A stretch of 64,000 nucleotides of DNA from NCBI GenBank assembly GCA_964016885.1, contig OZ024742.1, positions 84,816,001 to 84,880,000 of the forward strand, given 5' to 3'. Below the pieces are notes generated by a model, which was given only the letters and a program-made list of their open reading frames with translations, was not told the DNA's origin and did no database searches. Shown here piece by piece: positions 1 through 13,196 of this stretch. This stretch comes from Eledone cirrhosa (taxonomy: Eukaryota). A program made the translations under genes and the position numbers. The number at the start of each line of letters is the position of its first letter. The first letter of the stretch is position 1.

Positions 1-869
1 TTTGTACATTTTTTTTTTCGTGTTCTGCAAGCTATAGAAATTCAGCAGGGACAACTCCAAAATGAATTATATTACTGACTTATGGAAGGCTTAACATATC
101 AAACACACAAAAAATGCTATTTGTTAGAAAATCACAGCGAGTCGTGTGTGAGTTCATTGGTCGATTAAGCTCATATTCAGTGTATCTAATATGAGGTTAA
201 TTGTCCGATAAAATCCTATTACTCTAGTAGTAATTCATCTCAAATTCGTAAATATAAATCTTTATAATATTGTATTGAATTTATCTTCGTAGTCGTCATG
301 ATGATTATGATGGTGCTGATGATTTTCCAATCCATCATCATCTTCAGCATCTGAAATAAATCACTAAAACCAACCTATTATTGTCATCGTCACCTCTCCT
401 CATCAGCAACACAAACATGACTAGTAATATTCATTGCCTAGGATTCGCTGGTCTTTTCAATTATTCTCTCTATTAAATGTCCATCGGTCTAAGACGTGTA
501 TTCCGAACAAATGAAACCAATCTGGGGATTCTTTCAATACCAGAAATTATCTGATTATACACAACTGCTTATATATATATACATACATATATATAAGAAG
601 TCGTGTATAATGAGATTATATATATATATATATACATTAATGAAATAAGAAAATTGCTCCTGACATAATATTGTATATTCAAAATTCTCAGACGAATAAA
701 TTGCAAGTAAGATCTTGATTATGTTCCTATTTGTTAAGTTATTTGTCATGTTCCTATTTGTTAAGTTACAAAATATTTCCGCGAATAAAAATCCGTTGAT
801 ATAATCTAAGCTGCAGTGACGAATGGATCATCAACTGATTATAATAATTATAAATATTTCATTTATTGT

Positions 870-1885
870 TAACAGGGGCCGACATATAGGGGACAATACA
901 ATAGACAGGGACAGAAGGGGTTGATGCAAACATCGAGAAAAAATATAAAAACAAGACAATTACAAACAACAGTGTTTCCCAAATAGGGTGGATAACAATG
1001 CAGAGTCGATTTAGGTAACCAACGCTTCGACGGCACTCGGGAAGGGTACTTCTCTCTCCCTCAAATTAACCAGGCTGTAAGTGCATGGGCAGTGTAGGCC
1101 CACTCACATGGGCCATTCTCGCCACTTTCATCCACTTTTTAGCAAAGGTATTGAGGTGCAGCACTTCGCTCTCCACCCTCCACGACCTTTCCATATGAAA
1201 CTTGAAAAAGTTGATGAGGGTTTGGACGAAGAGAAAATTGTATGTCTTCAGTCCTTTCAACATGGTCCACAATAAAATCTCTTTCACTACTGCCACCAGA
1301 CAGAGGAAAATTGCCTGCCCTTCCTGGCCAAAAGAAGGTGGGTCGAACTTCACCTTGGACTCGGCCGATAGCCGGATCCGTTCTACACGCGACAACAGTT
1401 GTTCGACATAACTCACAAGTCAATAATGCACGGACACTGGACGAGTGCAAGCAGAACGGTTTCGTCGCTCTGCGCACATCTCGGGCAGGTGCGTCTGACA
1501 GCACTTCTGTACCAGTAGAGTTTATCTTGAACGGTCAGTGCCCCGGGATGCTGGAAGTCATTCATCGTCTCCAACTCTAAAGTTCCCCGTAACAGACTGG
1601 TTAGTTCGACTTCGTCGACGCTCAGAGCCTCTCCGAATGCGTCGGGGCATTTTCACACCACTAATCCTCTATAGAACGCGAGGTCGGAAGTTTCACTGAC
1701 CACATTGCCCGCCTGGTAGAGGCCAGTAAGTGCCTGACTGGGTCTCTTCTTGACCTAGAACTGTAGCTCAGTCAAAGAGACGAGATGAGGAAAGGCCCGT
1801 CTGACAAATGGCTACCACACTTGTTCACTGTTTAGACAAAATATCTGGGGATGCCGCAGCCTCGCCCATATTCACGCCACCTTAA
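870..1885 (-). mobile_element. 3' fragment of a Tx1/L1-type LINE ORF2 (decayed)
   Basis: Minus-strand translation gives CPRCAQSDETVLLALVQCP...SYVEQLL...KEILLWT...FAKKW, resembling an L1/Tx1 C-terminal zinc knuckle and tail. It has stops and frameshifts, and a homologous copy lies at 24590-25150. Confidence 0.65.
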
Positions 1886-3084
1886 TCTCAGAATTTTATT
1901 TGATCATTTCTAAACTTCCCAGCGCTTATTAATGAAAGAAATAATACCAATCGTCATCATACTGTACATACCGTTTTCTCGTCCAAATCTGCTGGATTCA
2001 GACGTACTCTTCTACAAAAATGTGTAATTTATATGTAAACTATGGGATTGACGGTAATCTTTAATCGTATAAATTTTGGGCTTGGATTTTTTCCAGTAGA
2101 AATCATATGAGGGCAGAAATGCATGGTTAGCGTTTATATTTTTATAGAGGAGGATGTACTACGAATCATCCAAATCCCGTGTAATAAAGTATAGGTTTCT
2201 CATACAATAGTGCAATTATAATTCGTTTCATACCTAGATATGTATGTACATCTTCACTTGTATAAATAGCGATGTTTGTTATATAGATGCATATTTATGT
2301 AAATATGAATGTTGAGGTATAAGCAGCTGTGTTTACCGAATGTGTGAAATAAATTACATTATTGTATAACATATACCACTATATAGTTATTACAACAAAA
2401 AATATTTTACTTTGAATGTCTGAAACATATCTACTATATAAATTGGAAGTGGTCGGACGCTGTATATTTAAGTAATTAGGTGTAGTCGGATAAACGTCAA
2501 AACGGCTTGGTGGAATGCAGCGAAAATTTACACAGTTATGCAGAATGACCCGAGGAGGCGAAGGATCGACTTTTAGGGTACACGCTTCCATGGTTACGGA
2601 GAAAATCGATGAAACAGGAATTTCCCATTCAAATTGAACTGAGAGTAATCTATGAACGCAGAAGTAAATATTTCGAGAAACGTTGCAACCGAACGAAAAC
2701 AGGAAGACGATGTTTTGGTTCGTGAAGACGTTCCCTGGCAATGAACGGGAAAAAGGCGAGGATAATACGTCGTATGTCGAGCGAGAAGAACTATTTCATT
2801 CAAAGACAAGACCAAGTTTATGGTATAAATGGATTCGTTAGACTAATATTCTATTTAAAACAACAGAATGATTTCCAGCCCCGGAGTTTAAGAACGATGT
2901 AAATAAAATTGAAAACGAAAATGATAGAGGTTATTAAAATAGTAAAAGTAAATAGTGAAGATTTAGGCCAGTATATACGTATGCCCCGACGGACATACAC
3001 ATACATATGCACACACAAATATATACACACCCACACACACGCAGATGCAAACACACACACACACACACGAGCGCGCGCGTGTAT

Positions 3085-3517
3085 AAACCTTATGCATTTC
3101 TACAGTATTTTCACCAAACTTAGGACATAGGTTACTTATGTAATCCGGATGGTCATGGGCACTTTCATTTTTCCAGATATTGATTATAGGGCCACCCGGC
3201 AGATAACCTCCTTTAACCACTTCCTTGGAGTCGACTGAAGCCCATCAGTGCAATGGAACAAAACGTCATAACTTCTGGAGTTTGCAGCCGATTTTCACAA
3301 AACTTGAAACATGGGCTACGTTTGTCCTACAGATGAATGTGAACACTCATAATTGGCACATACTGAGTAGGGTAGCCCTGGGGGTAGGAACACCCTTTTG
3401 GGAAAAGCCGATGATTTTGTAAAAGTATAGTTTTCGAAGCAGCACTGAAGTATTGACATAAATGGTATACACAACTGCTATATAATACCCGACCAACACC
3501 AGCTACCTCTGCTAGTA
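3085..3517 (+). mobile_element. Possible non-autonomous Helentron/DINE-like element (decayed)
   Basis: Repeated 'ttttcac(c/a)aaactt' subunits and a 3' end 'tacccgaccaacaccagctacctctgctagt' resemble Helentron-associated element termini. Recognised from memory only. Confidence 0.3.
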
Positions 3518-3849
3518 TATATATATATATTGATTCAGGTAAGAGGTGGTTGATATAATAAATCATATCTCAATTTTTATTTGCATAATTACTGTATTTG
3601 AGTATGAGCTGATAACGACAGGATATTTTAAAGCTATTGTATTCATACAGTTCTATTATATGTCATGAAAGTGTCTATATTCATTTTATTATTGTCTATT
3701 TCCAATACTTTCCCTCTAATATGGTAATGTGTGTCACATTTCTCAAACAATTGTTAATCTCTTTATCAACAGTAAAATTCACACTAATTTGTGTGTTGTA
3801 TATGAATATGTTATAGATTCAGGTATTTTTTGTTTTCTCCGAATGCAAA

Positions 3850-3850
<1 letters not shown>

Positions 3851-3918
<68 letters not shown>
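3851..3918. repeat. (AAT)n microsatellite
   Basis: Directly visible pure repeat. Confidence 0.95.
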
Positions 3919-3919
<1 letters not shown>

Positions 3920-4649
3920 TTCTATAAACTATGTTTTGATTAAAACAATCATAAAACGAATTAGTAGTTTTCCACTTTATGTTTTGGAAATGTAAATTTC
4001 AACATTCGTATAACCTATATTTCTGTAATTTTCGTATGCATTAAGCATATTTTAAGTGATGGAAATATGGATATCAACAATATTATAACCTACATTACAT
4101 ACATCTTATGTACATATATTTGAATTAGTTTGATCTATCAGAGTATTAGAGATTGATTTATTTATGCTTTTTACTCGCATTTTATATAATATATTATTTC
4201 AATATAATTTAGCTTCAAGAAAAAACTATCTGCGTGTTCATTTTCAAACCAATAATGCTACAATCAACAGATATCAAATTAAAAAGTACTGTGTTCTGCT
4301 AGTAATTGCATAATGAAATTAATAATGTAGGGATACAATGTATGCATACAATATATGCATAAAAAAACAAACAAAAAGTCACGTATGCATATATAACACT
4401 TTAGTTATTAAATATATAGGGTTATGCTTCCTGCTTACAACATTCATTGACGCAGAGTTGTGATTTGTCAATATAATAGGATACGTTCCTTCTACATAAT
4501 ATATACTTTGAATTTGCCACTGACGCAGAGGCAGTGATTTTCTCAATGGCTAGGAATTCAGTCCACGCTTTGCTATTTTCTATCCACTAAATTATTTTTT
4601 ATAAGTTTCCAGAGTCCACGCTTTGCCTGGATACTTAGATGAGAATATT

Positions 4650-4729
4650 CTTCCCTGACGACGGAATGATTCTCTATGTTTTCTTCGGAAAATATATATA
4701 TTCCATTCCAGAAACTAATTAGTTGGAAG
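4650..4729 (+). ncRNA. Type I hammerhead ribozyme motif (copy 1)
   Basis: cttcc-CTGACGA-cggaatg...cattcca-GAAA-CTAATTAG-TT-ggaag. Stem I is cttcc/ggaag, stem II is ggaatg/cattcc, stem III is palindromic and the triplet is GUU. Confidence 0.8.
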
Positions 4730-5171
4730 TGATATTTTAGTAAGTAAGTTAATTTTATAATTTTCTTATTTTACGTCTCTCATATTATTGATCTGCAACC
4801 CCATGCATTGAACCACAAAGTTACTAAGACAAAACCTATATATGTGCTAGCATTGATATGCATCTGTATGTATATATATGTTACTAGATATTAATTCTTT
4901 ATAATTATCTCCAAATTATTTGTCGAGCAATATTGGCCATGACTGCTGCTATGGTAGCAGGCAGGCCGCTGTCTTATTAGCAAACCACTTTCCACTGATT
5001 GACCTCGATGTCACGTGATTGATTCTTTTTGAATTTGCCACTGACGCAGAGGCAGTGATTTTCTCAATGGCTAGGAATTCAGTCCACGCTTTGCTATTTT
5101 CTATCCACTGAATTATTTTTTAATAAGTTTCCAGAGTCCACGCTTTGCCTGGATACTTAGATTAGAATAGT

Positions 5172-5251
5172 CTTCCCTGACGACGGAATGATTCTCTGTG
5201 TTTTCTTCGGAAAATATATTTATTCCATTCCAGAAACTAATTAGTTGGAAG
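5172..5251 (+). ncRNA. Type I hammerhead ribozyme motif (copy 2)
   Basis: Same motif as 4650-4729, 522 bp downstream. Confidence 0.8.
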
Positions 5252-5420
5252 TGATATTTTAGTAAGTAAGTTAATTTTATAATTTTCTTATTTTACGTCT
5301 CTCATATTATTGTTCTGCAACCACATGCATTGAACCACAAAGTTACTAAGACAAAACCTATATATTTGCTAGCATTGATATGCATCTGTATGTATATATA
5401 TGTTACTAGATATTAATTAT

Positions 5421-5506
<86 letters not shown>

Positions 5507-5507
5507 G

Positions 5508-5542
<35 letters not shown>

Positions 5543-5620
5543 ACACACACACACGCACATCTCATTCTATCTCTGACTCACTTTCTCTCTCTCACTCTTT
5601 CCCTTTCTCTCTCTGTATAT

Positions 5621-5658
<38 letters not shown>

Positions 5659-5746
5659 AAATAACACATTATAGTTTAAGCAAAGAATCGCTGCTTTTAA
5701 CCTTAAAGGGATATTCGGAAACTACTACTACTATTATTATTATTAT

Positions 5747-5856
5747 AAATCCCGCCAAGGTTAACTTTGCCTTTCATCCTTACGAGTTCGATAAAATAAA
5801 GCACCAGTAATGTACTTGTAATTGCTGTCCTTGTGCCGAAACTAGAAACAATTATT
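5747..5856 (+). mobile_element. 3' part of the tRNA-derived SINE
   Basis: Carries the 'ctttgcctttcatccttacg..tcgataaaataaag.accag' core and the 'gaaacaattatt' tail shared with the full copies at 37041 and 44697. Confidence 0.85.
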
Positions 5857-5863
5857 TTATATA

Positions 5864-5939
<76 letters not shown>

Positions 5940-5942
<3 letters not shown>

Positions 5943-7389
5943 CTCCTCTTGTTCCGTCCAAACCACCACCCTAACCTTGTTTTTAGTAACCACACAGCTC
6001 CTTTCATTTCTTATCATTATATATGTAAATATATGTCGCCTGGCGGACCGATTCACTGAGCATCTCCGGGATATTCGTCTCGGTGTTAGTTCCCCCATCG
6101 CCTGCCACTTTGGTGCCCCTGGACATTCCGCACGCCATCTCACAGTCTGTGGCCCACTCCACTGCCACGGAACACCCGCCAATCTCCTCAGAGTCGAACA
6201 AAGAACCATCTTCATTTTACAGACCCGCACTTCCCCCCGGCCTGAACTCCCCACGCTTATTCCTTTAGCCTTCGACCCCCCCCACACCACATATCCCCCA
6301 CTAACACCACTAACACACCCCTCCTTTTCACCGCCCACCCCACAACTAACAATACTAACACCTCCACTCCACCCCTCATCCGACCACCCTTCCCCAACTA
6401 ACATACTAACATCCCTCCCTTCTTCTCCTCTCCCCTCCTTATCACACGCACACACCCACCGGCACATATTTACACGCGCTCACACTAAACACACACCCTA
6501 CTACCACCACTAACCCTCACTCCCACACCTCCATCCCACCACCCCGCAACTACCATCACTAACACCCCCTGACCCCAAGCACACGAACACACGCACCCAC
6601 TTATACCACCCACCCCACACGCAACTAACATCACTAACACCCTCCCAACCCCACGCACACGTACCCACACACCCTCGTACACCACCAACTCTACACACCC
6701 TACCACCATTAACCCCCACTCACACATGCATTCAACCCTTTCTCCACCTCCCGTATACTAACACCTTCTAACACCCCCTTCATCAAACTACACACACACC
6801 AGTACACCGCACTCCCTCCATCGACCCTCACACCCTTCTCTCCCCGCTCCACCCACACCCTTTTTCCACACTCACTCATCCCACTAACACCTCTACTAAT
6901 ACACACACACACCCTCCTCACTCCAACTTTCACACCTACCCATCCTCGCCCCTTTACCAATCCACCCGACTGCTGTTATGCCCTCTGACCACCTCCCAGC
7001 ACAAACAGACACACAGCACTCCCACCGCCTTGACCACTTCCTGTTGCGCGCGCACCTCACATCTCTCCTCTTCCGACCATCTCTTCATGGAATACTCGTA
7101 TGTGGAACTTGACCACCGTGGAATCTACTAACATCATAGGAGTTTACCAACATTTCAACCACATCCTCTTACGGAATCAGCTATATAACTCACCCACACA
7201 CACCCAAAACAATTTTTTTTCTCCCACACGCCACCTACACCCACAACACGCTTAAACCCCTCACACACGTGCTTTCCACCACATATTTACACATTCAGCC
7301 TCCGGATCCTCTCCCCCCACCCCTCTATCCACACACGCACACACCTCTTCCTGAACATGCAACCCCGTTCTTCCCCCAACCCTTGCTTT

Positions 7390-7420
<31 letters not shown>

Positions 7421-7830
7421 GTACACCTACACACACACGCTACCTTCAGCCCTCCCCGCTCGGACACCCCGTCTCCCTCTCCCCACTCCACCCGCCACCA
7501 TCCCTACACACCCCACACCCTTCCACCACCTGTTTTACCCCTTTTTAATTACAGTTTATTTTGATCATGCTTTTATATTTATTTTTATTTCATTTCATTT
7601 TATTTTGATCATGCTTTATTTTTATTTTTATTTTTAATTTCATTCGCACCGTTTCCTCCCACCCCCTTTTCGCTATATGTATCTCCACCACTCCCCTACA
7701 CACTCTTTGAACTCTCTTCCCACACACTTCTCACCTGAGGAAGGGCTTATGACCGAAACGTCGTTCCCCACCACCACCCCACTCTCCAGAGCGTGAAATT
7801 TGTTTTGTTCCTGTTCAAATTTTCCATTAT
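5940..7830 (+). mobile_element. 5'-truncated Penelope-like element (Neptune-like GIY-YIG end, long C-rich 3' region, HHR-like terminus)
   Basis: RLADRFTEHLRDIR...PIACHF...HSARHLTVCG...EQRTIFILQT (~6035-6240) matches the C-terminal half of PLE GIY-YIG endonucleases. CTGAGGA...GAAACGTCGTT lies at 7735-7765, and the element is flanked by (TA)n. Confidence 0.7.
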
Positions 7831-8249
7831 ATATATATATATATATATATATACAAGTAGTGGAGACTTTATGAATGTCATTACATACATTAAATTACGA
7901 AAGAAAATACCGATGGAATAGATATTGAGGGAATGTGCAACATAGAGAAATATATATATATATATTTGTGTGTCTGTGTGTGTGTTTGTTTGTGCAAAAG
8001 CTAAACGCGAAACAACTCAACGAAACCACAAGCTTAACGCTTGATGTAGTAGGGAGATAGCTTTACTTTTCGTACGTTCATCTTTCATCGAAGTGACAAA
8101 TTAAGAAATATATAGAAAATGGAGAAGAGTGAGAAGTACATGAGACGTTTAGAAATTAGGAGAAACATCACGTGTGTGATCAGGTAACCATGTACGTGGA
8201 CATATGCATTAAGGATATGAAGGCATAGGGAGCATCTGCAATGATAGCG

Positions 8250-8900
8250 GAGAGGGTAAAAGCGTGCGGCATTGTAGCTCTAAAATAGTCAAATATAGTC
8301 CACAAAGTAGAACAAGAGATATGTCATACCCAATGACTATCATGGAAACTGCTAAATGGATAAAGGAGACGCGCTACAGCAGGATAAATACTGAGGCATC
8401 CTGGGTAAGATTATAAAATATTTTGATAGAATTATAGCACAACTAATTAGAGAAAGAGTTAAATTGGACGTGATGCATTTCGGCTTAGTTCATTGATAAG
8501 AAACTGGAAATGTAACTGAAGAGAAATATTCTGTGCTAGATGACCATATCGTTTAGAGAAATCAACCAGAGAAAGAATATTATAATTAAAAAGTTTGTTG
8601 TAAACGAATTGCACGTGAGAGTGATGAAAGGCAGGTATATACGAGCACATGATAGTTGGCAATGAGTACTGTGATACATTTGAAGTGCATATGTGTGTCA
8701 ATCAGGGCCCATTCCTAAGTCAGCTTGTGTTTAACATTGTTTTTAAGCCAGTACGGCGTTGTTGAAAACGTGCGTGTCATGAGACCTCCTATATGCTGAT
8801 GATATAATCCTTATAATTTAATCCCAGGGAGTGTTAGTTGCAATATCCCAGGTTTGAAACAAAAAATCTTACATCCCAAAAGTAAAACCTTGAAGTATGA
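8250..8900 (+). mobile_element. Highly decayed LINE reverse-transcriptase fragment (RTE-like)
   Basis: QGPFLSQLVFNIV (~8703) and LLYADDII (~8786) correspond to the RT QG and YADD motifs. The surrounding frames are broken. Confidence 0.5.
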
Positions 8901-9802
8901 GAGGAAGATGTCATTTCGTACACGGAAACTGCAGGAGTCCTTCATGTGTTCATGTGTCTGTATATATATATATATAAAATTATATGCTTAAAGATCATAC
9001 CGATCAAATTTACCTAATCCATCTTCGTAACCCGGAGAAATTGACTAAATAAATAATCAATTAAACGGAACTAAGTTAAAAATGTAAGTTTAAAATGTTT
9101 ACCGATATTTCTCTAGCCCCTAACTACCGGAGGTTTCACTTGTGCTATGTGGAAATAATGATTTTAATATTTCCCAAACGGGTAAACAATATAGAAAGAA
9201 AAGGTTGAACATGTATTTGAGGTTCTTTAAGAATGTTTATTTACATTGTCTTTACCTTTTTCACATGTTTTATGGTCTTCAAATGTTAAGAGGAGAGATG
9301 TGTGGCTATGCCGAATTGTAACGTAATGCATTTTCCATAGTAGGTATATGATCTTTTCATAATAAGAATGTATTCTTCCCGCTCCACATAGTGACGTATT
9401 TCTCCATGCATACATTGCACTTATATCAAGAAAACGTCTTCAATCACTGCCGTTATGTCTCCATAATATCTGAAGGCAATATTTCATCGAATTTTTATGA
9501 AATATTTACTTCTTCGTCTACAGATTGATTTTTCTCATTTACAGAATATCCCTCTTGAGGTAAAAGCAGAAATTCATTGCTTAAACATTTAATCTGTACT
9601 AATAATAAATATTGCCACTGTGAGCTATACTATATATACTTATATATTTGCAACTTTCATCGAGTCTTCATTTTATTTTGGTCTTTGTATTTCTTATTAC
9701 ACATTCTCTATCTCTCTTCCTCTCTCTCTTTTTTCGCTCTCATTCTCTATATCTACCCTGACAGACCCATACCCCCCCCACACACACACACTTATATATA
9801 TA

Positions 9803-9900
9803 TAACGAAGGAATTGTGGTAAGGAACCAGATGGACCATAACTGAGTCCAGAATAAGCTGTCGAAACAGCTTGAGCTCTGCTGTCGTGGTCATACTTGTT

Positions 9901-9905
<5 letters not shown>
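9803..9905. mobile_element. Short inverted remnant of a PLE pseudo-LTR family (half-hammerhead family)
   Basis: Shares 'gtggtaaggaaccag.tggaccataac' (inverted) and 'gtccagaat.agc.gtcgaaac.gcttgagctc' with the copies at 43559, 50715, 59755 and 60698. It lies in a (TA)n context. Confidence 0.7.
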
Positions 9906-9951
<46 letters not shown>

Positions 9952-10706
9952 ATATGGGTGTGAGCGTATATGTGTTTGTGTGTGAGTGTGTGGTGTGTTT
10001 TGTGTGTGTGTGTGTGTGTATTTGTGTATATTTGTATTTATATATGCGTACGGTTTCGATGTTAGGTTTATGGCCTATAACTAGCGTTTAGACATTAAAG
10101 TGTTTGACAAAATTAGCAACATACATGAATCACTACGTAAACCCGGTAACTTGTTATGCCCACAGTCCAATGATTGAGACCTGTAAAGTAACAGAAAAAG
10201 AATAATAAAAACCCAGGATATAAAAACTTGTTTTCAGATTTAGGACAATCCGATAATATATGAAGGGGATTTAACAGATATTTCTAACAATTCAAACGAA
10301 CCGGAATGTGATACGTTTAGTTTAATCTGACATGAAACAAATTTGATGCATTTTCATTCTCATTGGTTACATCAAGTGCATATCATATGAGGGGGCCCAC
10401 GGCATCATTGCAGAGACCCTCAGTAGTATTGCAGGGCCCCTGTAGTATTTCATGGGGCAATGCTTTGCTTTCAAAATATACCGGAATTCAAAGAGGAAGA
10501 ATAATAAAAAAAAAAAATAAAACAATTAAGCAAAGCATTTGGTCAACCAATTCCCAGGGAATTATTAGATACCACAATATATGATATTGCAGACAGCTGG
10601 AATCAGTGGTTGTACATTCTACTAAATCTAAAGCTTAGTGTATTCATTCATGCATGTACACATACATCTATATATATATACACACACACAAGTATATAAA
10701 TATATG

Positions 10707-10800
<94 letters not shown>

Positions 10801-11093
10801 TTGAAATAAAATGAAAACGAAATTTCATTTCTCGCTCTTAGTACGGCACTTACTTAAATGTAAGTATGTGTGTATACGTACATACATATATGTATACAGA
10901 CATACAGTAGCATGCATATATATATATATATATATATACATACAGGTACACATACATATATGCACGTATCAGTTTAGCGGACGCTTATTATAACGCCGCT
11001 TTGTTCGTTTGTAAACAAACTGAACAGCCTGAATTTTATGCCGTACGGTGTTAAGGCAACCACGTCACCTGTTTGTTCAACACTGACACAGGA

Positions 11094-11136
11094 ACGATGT
11101 ACTAGTTTCAAGCTTGTTAGCTATCATCAGCACCGT
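11094..11136 (-). ncRNA. Minimal type I hammerhead (array 1, unit 1)
   Basis: Minus strand: acggtg-CTGATGA-tagctaacaagctt-GAAA-CTAG-TA-catcgt. Stem I is acggtg/catcgt with one G-U pair, stem II is AGC/GCT, stem III is the palindrome ACTAGT and the triplet is GUA. Confidence 0.88.
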
Positions 11137-11372
11137 ATACCCTTCTGCCAGATAGTTGAACGTTCGAAAGTATATACTTTCCTTATGAAAATTAACGGCT
11201 GAGCAGCCTAATTTGCATATCGAGTGAGTGAAGTCGGTCAGGCATACCGAAAACGATAAGTTGAAATAATATGAAAACGAAATTTCATTTCTCACTCTTA
11301 GTACGGCACTTACTTAAATGTAAGTATGTGTGTATACGTACATACATATATGTATACAGACGTACAGTAGCA

Positions 11373-11442
<70 letters not shown>

Positions 11443-11593
11443 CAGGTACACATACATATATGCACGTATCAGTTTAGCGGACGCTTATAATAACGCCGCT
11501 TTGTTCGTTTGTAAACAAAATGAAAAGCCTGAATTTTATGCCGTACGGTGTTAAGGCAACCACGTCACCTTTTTGTTCAACACTGACACAGGA

Positions 11594-11636
11594 ACGATGT
11601 ACTAGTTTCAAGCTTGTTAGCAATCATCAGCACCGT
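11594..11636 (-). ncRNA. Minimal type I hammerhead (array 1, unit 2)
   Basis: Same motif with one substitution in stem II. Confidence 0.8.
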
Positions 11637-11872
11637 ATACCCTTCTGACAGATAGTTGAACGTTCGAAAGTATATACTTTCCTTATGAAAATTAACGGCT
11701 GAGCAGCCTAATTTGCATATCGAGTGAGTGAAGTCGGTCAGGCATACCGAAAACGATAAGTTGAAATAAAATGAAAACGAAATTTCATTTCTCACTCTTA
11801 GTACGGCACTTACTTAAATGTAAGTATGTGTGTATACGTACATACATATATGTATACAGACGTACAGTAGCA

Positions 11873-11915
<43 letters not shown>

Positions 11916-12063
11916 GTACACATACATATATGCACGTATCAGTTTAGCGGACGCTTATAATAACGCCGCTTTGTTCGTTTGTAAACAAAATGAAAAGACT
12001 GAATTTTATGTCGTACGGTGTTAAGGCAACCACGTCACCTTTTTGTTCAACACTGACACAGGA

Positions 12064-12106
12064 ACGATGTACTAGTTTCAAGCTTGTTAGCTATCATCAG
12101 CACCGT
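12064..12106 (-). ncRNA. Minimal type I hammerhead (array 1, unit 3)
   Basis: Same motif, intact. Confidence 0.88.
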
Positions 12107-12344
12107 ATACCCTTCTGCCAGATAGTTGAACGTTCGAAAGTATATACTTTCCTTATGAAAATTAACGGCGGAGCAGCCTAATTTGCATATCGAGTGAGTT
12201 AAGTCGGTTAGGCATACCGAAAACGATAAGTTGAAGTAAAATGAAAACGAAATTTCATTTCTCACTCTTAGTACGGCATTTACTTAAATGTAAGTATGTG
12301 TGTATACGTACATACATATATGTATACAGACGTACAGTAGCATG

Positions 12345-12417
<73 letters not shown>

Positions 12418-12568
12418 CAGGTACACATACATATATGCACGTATCAGTTTAGCGGACGCTCGTTATAACGCCGCCTTGTTCGTTTGTAAACAAACTGAAC
12501 AGCCTGAATTTTATGCCGTACGGTGTTAAGGCAACCACGTCACCTTTTTGTTCAACACTGACACAGGA

Positions 12569-12611
12569 ACGATGTACTAGTTTCAAGCTTGTTAGCTATC
12601 ATCAGCACCGT
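12569..12611 (-). ncRNA. Minimal type I hammerhead (array 1, unit 4)
   Basis: Same motif, intact. Confidence 0.88.
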
Positions 12612-12847
12612 ATACCCTTCTGCCAGATAGTTGAACGTTTGAAAGTATATACTTTCATTATGAAAATTAACGGCTGAGCAGCCTAATTTGCATATCGAGT
12701 GAGTTAAGTCGGTCAGGCATACCGAAAACGATAAGTTGAAATAAAATGAAAACGAAATTTCATTTCTCACTCTTAGTACGGCACTTACTTAAATGTAAGT
12801 ATGTGTGTATACGTACATACATATATGTATACAGACGTACAGTAGCA

Positions 12848-12917
<70 letters not shown>

Positions 12918-13153
12918 TGCTACTGTACGTCTGTATACATATATGTATGTACGTATACGCACATACTTACATTTAAGTAAGTGCCGTACTAAGAGTGAGA
13001 AATGAAATTTCGTTTTCATTTTATTTCAACTTATCGTTTTCGGTATGCCTGACCGACTTAACACACTCGATATGCAAATTAGGCTGCTCAGCCGTTAATT
13101 TTCATAAGGAAAGTATATACTTTCGAACATTCAACTATCTGGCAGAAGGGTAT

Positions 13154-13196
13154 ACGGTTCTGATGATAGCTAACAAGCTTGAAACTAGTACATCGT
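13154..13196 (+). ncRNA. Minimal type I hammerhead (array 1, inverted unit 5)
   Basis: acggtt-CTGATGA-tagctaacaagctt-GAAACTAGTA-catcgt. The core-proximal stem I pair is mismatched. Confidence 0.8.

Larger units (their letters stand above)
4507..5420 (+). repeat. Tandem ~522 bp repeat (about 1.75 units), one hammerhead motif per unit
   Basis: 'tttgaatttgccactgacgcagagg' recurs at ~4507 and ~5029. The units are near-identical and the second ends in (TA)n. Confidence 0.9.

Noticed and set aside
2400-2800. Possible decayed GIY-YIG remnant with an HHR-like 'TGAAGA-cgttc...gaacg-gGAAA'
   Set aside because: Too degenerate; stems I and III are not recoverable.
9227-9560. Coding-looking minus-strand stretch (YKCNVCMEKY...)
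   Set aside because: It has multiple stops and no family I can name with confidence.
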